From assembly GCF_963921235.1 (NCBI RefSeq), contig NC_086109.1, positions 2,480,001 through 2,544,000 on the forward strand: 64,000 bases of DNA, read 5' to 3'. The first letter of the stretch is position 1. The number at the start of each line of letters is the position of its first letter. The notes beneath the pieces were generated by a model. It saw nothing but the letters and a program-made list of their open reading frames with translations. It was not told where the DNA came from and searched no databases. Origin of the DNA: Mobula hypostoma. Its lineage: Eukaryota. Shown here in pieces: positions 37,760 through 50,600 of the stretch. The position numbers and the translations under genes are program-made.

Positions 37760-38123
37760 GTGAGCACACAGAGAGCAGTTTATTCTTGCACAAAAGGAAA
37801 AGCTTTCCTTCTGTTATATAATGTCAGTCTGGCAGAGCAATGTTGAGGGAGTTTGGAGAGGATGACAAATCCGTGGGGTGGGGTTATAAATGCACTGATT
37901 TTGTTTAACCCCAGTGAACTTCCTCCACGCCCCCAGGTGAATGGCCCACATCTCCCAGGGCTGTGTGGGAAGAAAGGTTGATTACAGTCTTGTGTGGACA
38001 GCTCCCAGATGACTGGGGTGAAGAAACCTCCCCCAGACCAAGAGCCAGCAAAGGACAGCAAGAGTCAACCCAGTGAGGAGGAAAATTTGTTGTCTGTCTA
38101 CCTCAGCCTGGAATTCCTAGTTC
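37760..38123 (-). CDS. Candidate terminal exon of gene B (short coding part plus 3' UTR)
   Basis: Acceptor ctctttttcag| (AG at 38124-38125). The phase-1 frame gives GTRNSRLR-stop (TAG at 38098-38100). A hydrophobic stretch IFLLTGLTLAVLCWLLVW lies in another frame. AATAAA at 37780-37785. Confidence 0.5.
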
Positions 38124-38443
38124 CTGAAAAAGAGCTATCGAGGTTTCTGACTGAACCAAATGCCTGTGCCTCTTCTGAGGAAATGTCCATGCTCAGGTGT
38201 CCCTGGGGAAGGAAGCATACCATGTCTCCTTGGATCAGTGGATATTCCGGGACTGGAGTGTGTCCTGGACAGGGATGTCCATGTTTTAAAATGAGAACCA
38301 TTCTCATGAAAGTCAGTGAACGTATGTAAACTTTTTTTTGTAAAAGGGCGCAGATTACACACAAAGTAAAACTCCATCAGCACTATCTTATTGAACAGTC
38401 TGGGCAGCCTCTCTAAATTCCAATTGCTCCCTCTGACATTCAC

Positions 38444-38710
38444 CAGATTTGTTCTTTCCACAGATGTCTCCCAGCCAGACCTCTGCCATTTCGTTACTGA
38501 CGGGGTTCCGGGCCTCACACTCATACAGGACTTCTTTATCCCCTTTCGCCTCTCCATGCCGCTGGAGGTGATAGTGGCTGCCAGTTCCCACAACTTCTCC
38601 TCCCCTCCACCACCTGAAGGTGGAGTTGCCTGAATCTTCAGAGCAGATCAAGGTGATATTGCAAGTCTTGGCGATGTACTGAACCATGATGACTGTACCT
38701 GACACAGGAC
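38444..38710 (-). CDS. IgC2-set exon, CD2/SLAM-family-like (gene B)
   Basis: Acceptor ctttttctgtctcgacctcag| and donor |gtgaat; 267 bp, phase 1-1, open. Encodes GPVSGTVIMVQYIAKTCNITLICS...FRWWRGG...YECEARNPVSNE...DIC. The four cysteines and the Y.C.A.NPVS motif are typical of CD2/SLAM domain 2. Confidence 0.88.
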
Positions 38711-39587
38711 CTGAGGTCGAGACAGAAAAAGAAAGGTGAATTAAGAAGATCCTTATCGACACCTTAATCCCCAACTCCCGCATTCCATCCCAACAGAAAC
38801 ACATGAAATTTAAACCAGTCCCAACTCATTTCCAACCCAACAGTTTAACTCTTCTCTCACCCTTCAGTTCAGCCAGTTACTGCTGGAGGAAGTTCCCACA
38901 AGTGCTGCACCCTCTTTCACAAGAGTTACTCATAAACCTGCGCCATGTCTTGCTGATGTCTGTGTGTTCCAGGAATTCATTCCAGCTCCATTTCTTTGTT
39001 CAGTAGAAACTTTATGTTTGACCATTCAGCCCCTTCCTGTCTGCTGCCCCATTCATGGCTGATTGCCCTCCACCTCGTTTTCCTGCACCAAACTCACATC
39101 CTTTAATTCCCTTGACATCCAAAAACCATCCACATCTACGTTGAATACCCCATGTGACTGAACTTCCGTAGTGCTGTTTTGTAAAGAGCTGTGAAAATTC
39201 ACTAGCCTCTGGGTGTGATTTCTCCCGTGTATTTCATCCTCTCTTAGTCTGGAGCAGCTGAGCTCATATTCTATCACTCCAGCCAGGGCTCCATCCTGCA
39301 GAATCCGATGAGGTGTTTGGATGTTTCAGTGTGATCACCTCTCATCCCCTCATTTGGCAGTAGGCACCACCATAGTCGGCCAAATCTCAAATAATGATGA
39401 GTCAGAGCCGAGGAGTGAGGTAAAGAGCCTAGTGATGTGTTGCCATGACAGCTATCTTTCTCAATGTCAGTAAAACAAGAGTTGGTCATTGACTTCAAAA
39501 TGTTGGGAGTGGTGGTGTGGAGAGTGAGGATAGACAATCCTTAACCACAACACTGTCGAAGCTGAGAAGACTGAAGTTCGCAGGACT

Positions 39588-41690
39588 GAACATCACCGAT
39601 AGACAGTCCTGGTCAAACTCAATAAAGGTTCAAAGCTTCATATGATTGTCAAAGTATGTGTTTACAAAACAACTCTGAACATCACCTATAGACAATAGAC
39701 AATAGGTGCAGGAGTAGGCTATTCGGCCCTTCGAGTCATTCACTGTGATCATCCACAATCAGTACCCTGTTCCTGCCTTCTCCCCATATCCCTTGACTCT
39801 GCTATCTTTAGGAGCTCTATCTAACTCTTTCTTGAAAGAATCCGGAGAATTGGCTTCCACTACCTTCTTGGGCAGAGCATTCCACAGATCCACAACCCTG
39901 TGTGTGAAAAAGTTTTCCTCAACTCTGTTCTAAATGGCCTACCCCTTGGTCTTAAACTGTGGCAGCTGGTTCTGGACTCACCCAACATCAGGAACATGTT
40001 TCCTGCCTCTAGCGTGTCCAATCCCTTAATAATCTTATATGTTTCAATCAGCTCTAATTTTGCTCACTAACCTCCTATGTGGGACCTTATCAAAGGCTTT
40101 CTGAAAGTCCAGGTACACTACATCCATTTTCATAGTTACATCCTCAAAAAATTCCACAAGATTAGTCAAGCATGATTTCTTTTCGTAAATCCATGCTGAC
40201 TCGAACCTATCCTGCTACTGCTATCAAAATATGCCGCCATTTCATCTTTCATAATTGATTTGAGCCTCTTCCCCACCACTGATGTCAGACAGGTCTATAA
40301 TTGCCTGTTTTCTCTCTCCCTCCTTTCTTAAAAAGTGGGATAACATTAGCTACCCTCCAATCCACAGGAACTGATCCTGGAAATATAGAACATTGGAAAA
40401 TGATTACCAATGCATCCACAATTTCTAAAGCCACCTCCTTAAGTACCCTGGGATGCAGACCATCAGGCCCTGGGGATTTATCACCCTTCAGTCCCATCAG
40501 TTTACTCAACACCATTTTTCAGCCTAATGTGAATTTCCTTCAGTTCCTCCGTTACCCTAGGTCCTCTGGCCACTATTACATCTGGGAGTGTTTGTGTCTT
40601 CCCTAGTGAAGACAGATCCAAATTACCTGTTCAGCTCGTCTGCCATTTCCTTGTTCCCCATAATAATTTCACCCGTTTCTGTCTTCAAGGGCCCAACTTC
40701 AGTCTTAACTAATTTTTTTCCTCTTGACACACCTAAAGTAGTTTTTACTATCCTCCTTTATATTCTTGGCTAGCTTATCTCCATACTTCATCTTCCCCAC
40801 CCCCACCCCCGTATTGCCTTTCTAATTATCTTTTGTTGCTCCTTAAAAGTCTCCCAATCCTCTGGCTTCCCGCTCATCTTTGCTATGTTATACTTCCTCT
40901 CTTTTACTTTTATGCTGTCCTTGACTTCCCTTGTCATCCACGGTCACCCCTTACTCCCTTTAGAATCTTTCTTCCTCTTTGGAATGAACTGATCCTGCAC
41001 CTTCTGTATTATTCCCAGAAATACCTGCCATTGTTGTTCCACTGTCATCCCTGCTAGGTTATCTTTCCAGTCAACTTTGGACAGCTCCTCCCTCATGAGT
41101 CCATAGTCCCCTTTGTTCAACTGTAATACTGACACTTCCGATTTTCCCTTCTCCCTCTCAAATTGTAGATTAAAACTTATCATATATATTATGGTCACTA
41201 TCTCCTAATTGCTCCTTTACCTCGAGTTCCCTTATCAAATCAGGCTCATGACACAACACTAAATCCAGAATTGCCTTCTCCCTGGTAGGCTCTAATACAA
41301 GCTGCTCTAAGAATCCATCTCTGAGGCTCTCCAGAAACTCCCTTTCTTGGGGTCCAGTACCAGCCTGATTTTCCCAGTCTACCCGCATGTTGAAATCCCC
41401 CATAACAACCGTAGTATTACCTTTGCGACACGCCAATTTTAACTCTTGATTTAACTTGCACCCTATATCCAGGCTACTGTTTGGGAGCCTGTAGATAACT
41501 CCCATTAGGGTCTTTTTGCCCTTATGACAGTCCTAGTCAAACTCAATAAAAGTTCAAAGTTTCATATGATTGCCTAAGTATGTGTGCACAATACAACTCT
41601 GAACATCACTGATAGACAGTCCTGGATAAACTCAATAAAGTTTCAAACCTTCATATGATTGTTAAAGCATGTATGTACAATACAACTCTG
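39588..41690. repeat. 89-bp tandem repeat (about 3 copies) split by a CR1 insertion
   Basis: Unit GACAGTCCT(G/A)G..AAACTCAATAAA..TTCAAA..TTCATATGATTG...ACAACTCTGAACATCAC starts at 39602, 41526 and 41615. Confidence 0.8.
39691..41525 (-). mobile_element. CR1 with internal deletions (endonuclease, partial RT, 3' tail)
   Basis: ORFs 41170-41505 (GVIYRLPNS...GDFN...LDLVL...SDH), 40944-41198 and 40285-40515; (CTATTGT)n tail at about 39690. Confidence 0.88.
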
Positions 41691-42154
41691 GTATTTGTCT
41701 ACTTCAGATAGCCACTAACTACAGAAAGAAATGGTGTTGATGAATGAAAAGCCATCAACTCTTCCCTCGACATAAAAAAAAGAAACAAAAGTCACAGTCC
41801 CCAAAATCCCCCCTTTCCCACAGCAAAAATAAGTGACAATAACCATCCCCAACACCGCTCACTCACAGAAAAGACCAGTGCCAATAACAGTCCCCGATCC
41901 TCTCACTTACAAAAATTAACTGCAACAATAACGGTCCCTGGCCCCCTCACTCGCAGAAAAGAACAGCACTTCAACACACTAAAAACCAATGGCATGTCCC
42001 CTTTTATAGATGCACCATAGAAAGCATTATGGATGCATCACACTTGTTATGGCAACTGTTTTTTATGTGACCGCAAGAAACTGCAGAAAGTTGTGAACAC
42101 AACTAAGTATATCATGGAAACCAACCTCCTATCCATGTATCCTTGTCCACAATT

Positions 42155-43594
42155 TGTCATAAGGGGGAGCTGGGAGCAGACCCAAATGCAAGATACACAC
42201 ACTGAAGTATTAGGAACAGGACAAGGTGTGTCAAGAAAGCAAGGGATGTGGAGAAGAAACGACGCTGGACAAGACACAGGTCCTGGATGAGACTGGGATA
42301 CAGGGCCTGGGCTAGGACTAGACTAGGAAAGTGGGACCTGGATGAGGAACTAGGAACTTTGAACCTGGACAAGGACTCCAAGCCAGAGACTGGACAGGGA
42401 CCCGGAACCTAGGTCTTGACTCGGGTTCGGACTCCAGATCCAGGCGAGGACTAGACGTGGAAAGGCAACAGGACTGGGCGTGGTGGCAGGACTTGGGACT
42501 CCTGGGCAGGACGTGGAATCTCCAGCACTGGGCTGGGCAAAGCACAAGGACAGGAAGAGAACACAAAGCCGAGCCATGGTCGAGGGAGACAGGAACGCAG
42601 AGCCTTGGTCTTGGCAGAACAGGAACACAGAGCCTAGGATGTGGGGGACTGAAACACAGGGACATGGAACACAGAGCCAAGATCCCTCCTTGGGAACAGG
42701 ACTTGGGGCTGGGGCTCAACACAGAGTCAGGACCCCTCTTAGGGAGCAGGATGTAAGGGCGGGTCTTGTACACAGAACACAGAGAGACAGTTCCAAACAC
42801 AAGGTAGCGGAAAATGGCCAGACCTACCTAGCAAAGGCATGGACACAGAGACAGCTCTCATCACAAGGTAGTGGAAAACAGCCAGACCTACCTAACAAAG
42901 GCGTGGACACAGAGACGGTCCCCAACACAACATAGCGGCAAACAGCCAGATCTACCTGGTGAAGGCATGGACACAGAGATGGTCCTCAACACAAGGTAGC
43001 AGCAAACAGCCGGACCTACCTAGCAAAGGCATGGACACAGAGACAGCTCTCATCACAAGGTAGTGGAAAACAGCCAGACCTACCTAACAAAGGCGTGGAC
43101 ACAGAGACGGTCCCCAACACAACATAGCGGCAAACAGCCAGATCTACCTGGTGAAGGCATGGACACAGAGATGGTCCTCAACACAAGGCAGCAGCAAACA
43201 GCCGGACCTACCTAGCAAAGGCATGGAAACAGAGACAGTTCCAAACAACAATAGACAGTTCCTTATCTAGACACAGCAAGGCTCCGGTCTTGCTCCAGTG
43301 GTAGAACTTGACAGCGATACAGGTGAGGACGCAGACAAGGTTGCAGGCAAGTCTTCAGGCCAAGGTTTCAGGTGAGGGTTGCGGACAAGGCTTCAGGCAA
43401 GGGCTTAAGAAGGAAAGGGACAGTCCAGCAACTCAAGCTGAAACCAGGAGCTACTTACGTAGCAGCCCAACATGAGAATCATGAGCCTCAATTGAGGCAC
43501 CCCAACAGAACATGGGAAAACCGGAAAATCTGGAATGAGGTCAATGGACCGGACCGTGAACCGGAACACGGACTTCACGGACCGGACCATGACA
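42155..43594 (-). mobile_element. Solo LTR related to the 32425-35190 LTRs, with an internal 64-bp tandem array
   Basis: TGTCAT...GGACCATGACA termini. TSD CAATT/CCATT (4 of 5 match). Shares ACCCAAATGCAAGA and CCAGAGACTGG motifs with the other LTRs. 64-bp units at about 42780-43240 with a 192-bp higher-order duplication (42841, 43033). Confidence 0.8.
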
Positions 43595-43644
43595 CCATTC
43601 ACTTACAACATAGAAAAGACACCATCCCAGAGTTTAGAATAGTC

Positions 43645-44650
43645 ATAAAGTAACAGAAAATTACAGCACAGTAACAGATCTTTGGTCCACCTGCTCCATG
43701 CCAAAATCATTTAAACTGTCTGCTCCAATCGACCAGCGCCGGGAGCATAGCTCTCCATACAGTACCATCCACGTACCTGTCCAAACTTCTCTTAACTGTT
43801 GAAATTGAGCTTGCACTTCTGGTGACAGCTCATTTCATATTCTCATGACCCTCTGTGAAGAATTTTTCCCTCATGTTCCCTCTAAACTTTTCACCTTTCA
43901 CCCTTAACCTATGACCTCTGATTGTAGTCCTACCCAACTGCAGTGAAAAAAAGCCTGTTTGCATTTACTCTATTTATACCCTCATAATTTTGTATACCTC
44001 AATCAAGTGTCCCCTCAGTCTTTTACATTCCAAGGAATAATGTCCTAACCTATTCAATCTTTCCTTATAACTCACGTCTTCCAGACCCGGCAACAACCTT
44101 CTAAATTTTCTCTGCACTCTTTCAACCTTATTTACATCTTTCCTGTAGGCAGCTGACCAACACCGCACATAATATTCCAAAGTAGGCCTCATCAACATTT
44201 TATGCAACTTCAACTAACATGCCAACTCCTGTACTCAATACTTTGATTTATGAAGGCTAATGTTCCAAAATTCTTCTTTACGACCCTATCTACCTCTGAC
44301 ACCACTTCCGATGAATTATAGACCTGTATTCCTAGATCTCTTCGTTCTACCACACTCCTCAGTGGCATACCATTCACAGTGTAAGATCTACCCTGGTTGG
44401 TTCTATCAAAGAAAAACACGTCACACTTATCGGCATTAAATTCCATGTGCCATTTTTCAGTCCATTTTCAGCTGGTCCAGACCCTGCTGCAAGATCTGAT
44501 GGTCTTCCTTGCTGTCTACTATATCCCTAATCTTGATGTCATCTGCAAATTTGCTGACCCAGTTAGCCACATTATGGTCCAGGTCGTTGACCTAGATGGC
44601 AAACAACAATGGACCAAGCACAAATCCCTGCAGCATTCACCTTGTCACAG
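43645..44650 (-). mobile_element. 5'-truncated CR1 3' kilobase
   Basis: ORFs 44210-44446 (MEFNADKC) and 43974-44213 (RPTLEY..RCWS), plus a CR1 tail. Confidence 0.85.
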
Positions 44651-46618
44651 ACATCCAGTCAGAGAGGCAGCAATAGCTGAATAATTCAGGCAAAACAATC
44701 TATGACCTCTGACATCCTCTGGGAGAACAGGGAAAGGCAGAGCTACGGAATATCAGCAGCCGTCTGGATGATGTAGATGGAGCAGCCAGCAGGATCTATG
44801 AATGGAGCTGATCAAGCCATTGAAAACATTGGAGTCTCACTGTCAGTAATTGTATTGTTAAGTGTCGACTCTGTTTCTCCATGATACTAAATAAACTCCC
44901 TGTCTTCATTACAGAGCTTGGGTCCATGCTCTTCAGGTCAGAATTAATTGGGAGTTCTTGGTGAGACTATTTTGGTGTCCTCTCTCTCACTGAAGTTGTT
45001 ACAGATGAAGAGGGGTGAATGCCCTTAGTTGGTAAAGTTACCAAGTGACAGCAATGATCATGGAGACTGGGAGCAGGTGTGAAATAGTCAAGGACAGGAC
45101 CTGCCTGGAGTGAATCAACAGTTGGGGGAGCTACGAGGATGCGCCACCTCGTGGGGTAGAGGGTGGAATCTAGAGTGAGGACACAGCATCAGAATAAGTG
45201 TCTGCCCATTTCACACAGAGACGAGGAGTTGTGGGTGTGGGGAACAGGCAGGAAAGTGGACCCGAGGCTGCCAAACCAACCCTGACAGTACTAGGCTTGG
45301 GGGCGGATTGGCCTACTCCCCCTATTTCTCATTTTCTAATGTTATCCCTCCAATGGGAACCATTTAACCCTGGGATGGAAGAGAGAACATTTCTCAGCCA
45401 AACTTCAGATGGATGTTGCTGGGTGAGATTATTTTCAATGGTTCATTGGTTCAATTTAATATCAGAGAATGTATACAGTATCCAACCTGAAATTCTCACA
45501 CTTCACAGACATCCACGAAACAGAGGAAAACCCCAAAGAATGACTGACAGAAAAATGTTGGAACCACAAAGTCCCCCCACCCGCCTCTCATGCACAAGTG
45601 GCAGCAAAGCATGATCCTTCCCCACTTCCCGTTTCACCCACATTCCAGCAGGAAGCATCAGCCCCACACCACCTTCAGGCAAGCGATAGCAAACCCCCAA
45701 AGAGACCATGATCGAGGTCCATCAAAAACTATAGTCCACAAACCAGCACTTCAACATGCCACAGGGAGAGAGAGGTGTCGTCCCTTCCACAGCGAGAGAG
45801 GAGACCAACAAACAGATCACTGTTTCGATATTGCAGTCTGTAGTCTACTTTGAATGTAATGTTATTGCTAGAGTGAGTCAGGAACCATATTGATGTGTGT
45901 GAGTGTGCTGTTGTGTCCGTGTACCGTGTCACTCACTAGGACACTATATTCAGTGTAATGAGTACACAGGGTATCACTCAGCACAGCACAGCATGAAGGC
46001 TGAGGAATAAACACTTTGCTGAGCTCAGTCTGGGCAATTAACAAGCAATGCCCTGGGAAACTGATGGGATAACTTGAATCCCTGAACATGACAGACCAGA
46101 TCTTTAACTGGGGATACAGTGACCCACAGACAACTCACCCCCTTTACAGACCCTCCCACCTTATGGGTCCATTGTTCAGCTCAGGTTCCCATGGGTCAAG
46201 CAGAGAAACATCAATGGAAAGAGGCCATTCAGCCCAACTCAACAATCTCTGTGCTGTTCTAAGCTAGTCCCATTTGCCTCCAGACCTTTCATCCATGAAC
46301 CTGGCCAAATGCTGTTTAAACACTCACCCTGTAACCACATCTTCCATAGTCCACCCGAGTGCTGATCTCCTCTGGACTCAGAGTAATGAGAGTCATCATT
46401 ACTTCTTCTCGGGCTCTGACTCAGTCTCAGGGGATGTGGTAAATGTGTTCCCCAGACTGTCTCAATCCCACTACACTGGGACCATGAGCCCAGCTCTGGA
46501 CACGGGCAGTCACTGGGGTTCAGTAAACAGGGAAGCACACAGGATCTGCCCTCACCCATTAATTGGGGGTGTTTCAGGAACCGAAGAAACCCGAGCCCCT
46601 CCGCGGTGTCTCACTCAC

Positions 46619-46939
46619 CGTACACCTCCAGTCGCATTTTGTTCTGAGTCTGTGCTCCTGTACTTGCTGTAACAGACACCTCATAAACATCAGAGTCACT
46701 TTTCTGTAGATCACGGATTTCCAGACCGAAGTTCCCGGGATGAAGAGTTATCCGTCGCTTGTACTCCTCAGATCCGTAATAGTCACTGATCTTGTTTGAA
46801 TATGACACTATCTTCGCTCTGGGTGAGAACCGTCTCCACACAAGCTGAGCAATGTCTTCTCCGACTGGGATCCCAGGAAGTAAGGAGACCGAGCGTCCCA
46901 GAGCTCCGTTCACAGTGGTAGAGGAATCCCCAGTCCCAG
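46619..46939 (-). CDS. IgV-set exon, CD2/SLAM-family-like (gene B)
   Basis: Acceptor tcctcttgtctcctcag| and donor |gtgagt; 321 bp, phase 1-1, open. Encodes xGTGDSSTTVNGALGRSVSL...LVWR...YKRRI...LEIRDLQKSDSDVYEV...MRLEVY, with no cysteines. It aligns without gaps to the gene A exon (about 45/103 identical by hand count). Confidence 0.9.
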
Positions 46940-47628
46940 CTGAGGAGACAAGAGGAGACAGTCAGCAGATGAGCTCAGTGACTGGAGGATGAATCAGACT
47001 GGGAGAATCAGAGTTACAAGAGCGGGTGATGGGTCTCATTGTTTGTCTCCCGGCCCTGTGAGAGAAGCAGCCCACCATTCCAACAGTACACGGTAAGCTC
47101 AAGAGAGGAACAGAGTGAAGACTCTTTGCACCCGGTCCAGAGGATGGAAGTTGCAGCCTGCAGCCAGATATCAAAGGCAGGTCAGAGGGGCACAGGTATG
47201 AAAAATGAGACCCATTCGGGAGAAGGGTTGGGTGAGGTGCTTGGGGAGGTGAACGTGTTGAGGGAACATGTGATAAATGGAAGTTCGTGAGTGCTGTGAG
47301 GGACAGAGGGAGCTCGGAGTGGGGCCTTGCCGGGCACATCCACAGATCCCTGAAGGAGGAGTGAGGGAGAAGATGAGGCCGTTTGTTGCTCCTGGCCGAG
47401 GTTTTGTGAACAGGTTGCGGGGGGAGCTGATAATCACTGCAGTGCGGGTGGAGAGAAAGCAGGAGAATTCGGCAGTATGATGAGTTGAGAAATATTTCCT
47501 CTGATACAGAAGCAGGAGGCAACCTCATGTAACCACCGTTCAATATCACAGCTCATTGACCTGTTGCTAAACTGGAACTCAGGCTGAGCCGTTTCTCACT
47601 CCACTTACTGTGTGTACTGGAGACTAAA

Positions 47629-50600
47629 GTCAATCTCTGCTTCCCCACTGCTGTGCTGGTATCCAGTGTCACCCTCTGCTTCCCCACTGCTGTGCTGGTA
47701 TCCAGTGTCACCCTCTGCTTCCCCACCGCTGTGCTGGTATCCAGTGTCAATCTCTGCTTCCCCACCGCTGTGCTGGTATCCAGTGTCACCCTCTGCTTCC
47801 CCACCGCTGTGCTGGTATCCAGTGTCACCCTCTGCTTCCCCACTGCTGTGCTGGTATCCAGTGTCAATCTCTGCTTCCCCACTGCTGTGCTGGTATCCAG
47901 TGTCACCCTCTGCTTCCCCACCGCTGTGCTGGTATCCAGTGTCAATCTCTGCTTCCCCACCGCTGTGCTGGTATCCAGTGTCACCCTCTGCTTCCCCACC
48001 GCTGTGCTGGTATCCAGTGTCACCCTCTGCTTCCCCACTGCTGTGCTGGTATCCAGTGTCACCCTCTGCTTCCCCACTGCTGTGCTGGTATCCAGTGTCA
48101 CCCTCTGCTTCCCCACTGCTGTGCTGGTATCCAGTGTCACCCTCTGCTTCCCCACTGCTGTGCTGGTATCCAGTGTCACCCTCTGCTTCCCCACCGCTGT
48201 GCTGGTATCCAGTGTCAATCTCTGCTTCCCCACTGCTGTGCTGGTATCCAGTGTCACCCTCTGCTTCCCCACTGCTGTGCTGGTATCCAGTGTCAATCTC
48301 TGCTTCCCCACTGCTGTGCTGGTATCCAGTGTCACCCTCTGCTTCCCCACTGCTGTGCTGGTATCCAGCGTCACCCTCTGCTTCCCCACCGCTGTGCTGG
48401 TATCCAGTGTCACCCTCTGCTTCCCCACTGCTGTGCTGGTATCCAGTGTCACCCTCTGCTTCCCCACTGCTGTGCTGGTATCCAGTGTCACCCTCTGCTT
48501 CCCCACTGCTGTGCTGGTATCCAGCGTCACCCTCTGCTTCCCCACTGCTGTGCTGGTATCCAGCGTCACCCTCTGCTTCCCCACTGCTGTGCTGGTATCC
48601 AGTGTCACCCTCTGCTTCCCCACTGCTGTGCTGGTATCCAGTGTCACCCTCTGCTTCCCCACTGCTGTGCTGGTATCCAGTGTCACCCTCTGCTTCCCCA
48701 CTGCTGTGCTGGTATCCAGTGTCACCCTCTGCTTCCCCACCGCTGTGCTGGTATCCAGTGTCACCCTCTGCTTCCCCACTGCTGTGCTGGTATCCAGTGT
48801 CACCCTCTGCTTCCCCACTGCTGTGCTGGTATCCAGTGTCACCCTCTGCTTCCCCACTGCTGTGCTGGTATCCAGTGTCACCCTCTGCTTCCCCACTGCT
48901 GTGCTGGTATCCAGCGTCACCCTCTGCTTCCCCACTGCTGTGCTGGTATCCAGTGTCACCCTCTGCTTCCCCACTGCTGTGCTGGTATCCAGTGTCACCC
49001 TCTGCTTCCCCACTGCTGTGCTGGTATCCAGCGTCACCCTCTGCTTCCCCACCGCTGTGCTGGTATCCAGTGTCACCCTCTGCTTCCCCACCGCTGTGCT
49101 GGTATCCAGTGTCACCCTCTGCTTCCCCACTGCTGTGCTGGTATCCAGCGTCACCCTCTGCTTCCCCACTGCTGTGCTGGTATCCAGTGTCACCCTCTGC
49201 TTCCCCACTGCTGTGCTGGTATCCAGTGTCAATCTCTGCTTCCCCACTGCTGTGCTGGTATCCAGTGTCAATCTCTGCCTTCCCCACTGCTGTGCTGGTA
49301 TCCAGTGTCACCCTCTGCTTCCCCACTGCTGTGCTGGTATCCAGTGTCAATCTCTGCTTCCCCACTGCTGTGCTGGTATCCAGTGTCACCCTCTGCTTCC
49401 CCACTGCTGTGCTGGTATCCAGTGTCACCCTCTGCTTCCCCACTGCTGTGCTGGTATCCAGCGTCACCCTCTGCTTCCCCACTGCTGTGCTGGTATCCAG
49501 CGTCACCCTCTGCTTCCCCACCGCTGTGCTGGTATCCAGCGTCACCCTCTGCTTCCCCACTGCTGTGCTGGTATCCAGTGTCACCCTCTGCTTCCCCACC
49601 GCTGTGCTGGTATCCAGTGTCAATCTCTGCTTCCCCACTGCTGTGCTGGTATCCAGTGTCACCCTCTGCTTCCCCACTGCTGTGCTGGTATCCAGTGTCA
49701 CCCTCTGCTTCCCCACTGCTGTGCTGGTATCCAGTGTCAATCTCTGCTTCCCCACTGCTGTGCTGGTATCCAGTGTCACCCTCTGCTTCCCCACTGCTGT
49801 GCTGGTATCCAGCGTCACCCTCTGCTTCCCCACTGCTGTGCTGGTATCCAGTGTCACCCTCTGCTTCCCCACCGCTGTGCTGGTATCCAGTGTCACCCTC
49901 TGCTTCCCCACTGCTGTGCTGGTATCCAGTGTCACCCTCTGCTTCCCCACTGCTGTGCTGGTATCCAGTGTCAATCTCTGCTTCCCCACTGCTGTGCTGG
50001 TATCCAGTGTCAATCTCTGCTTCCCCACTGCTGTGCTGGTATCCAGTGTCAATCTCTGCTTCCCCACTGCTGTGCTGGTATCCAGTGTCAATCTCTGCTT
50101 CCCCACCGCTGTGCTGGTATCCAGTGTCAATCTCTGCTTCCCCACCGCTGTGCTGGTATCCAGTGTCACCCTCTGCTTCCCCACCGCTGTGCTGGTATCC
50201 AGTGTCACCCTCTGCTTCCCCACCGCTGTGCTGGTATCCAGTGTCACCCTCTGCTTCCCCACTGCTGTGCTGGTATCCAGTGTCAATCTCTGCTTCCCCA
50301 CTGCTGTGCTGGTATCCAGTGTCAATCTCTGCTTCCCCACTGCTGTGCTGGTATCCAGTGTCAATCTCTGCTTCCCCACTGCTGTGCTGGTATCCAGCGT
50401 CACCCTCTGCTTCCCCACTGCTGTGCTGGTATCCAGTGTCACCCTCTGCTTCCCCACTGCTGTGCTGGTATCCAGTGTCACCCTCTGCTTCCCCACCGCT
50501 GTGCTGGTATCCAGTGTCACCCTCTGCTTCCCCACCGCTGTGCTGGTATCCAGCGTCACCCTCTGCTTCCCCACAGCTGTGCTGGTATCCAGTGTCACAC

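Noticed and set aside
25344-46939. Specific gene symbols (CD2, CD48, CD58, SLAMF9)
   Set aside because: Family-level features are clear, but orthology cannot be assigned without a phylogeny or synteny.
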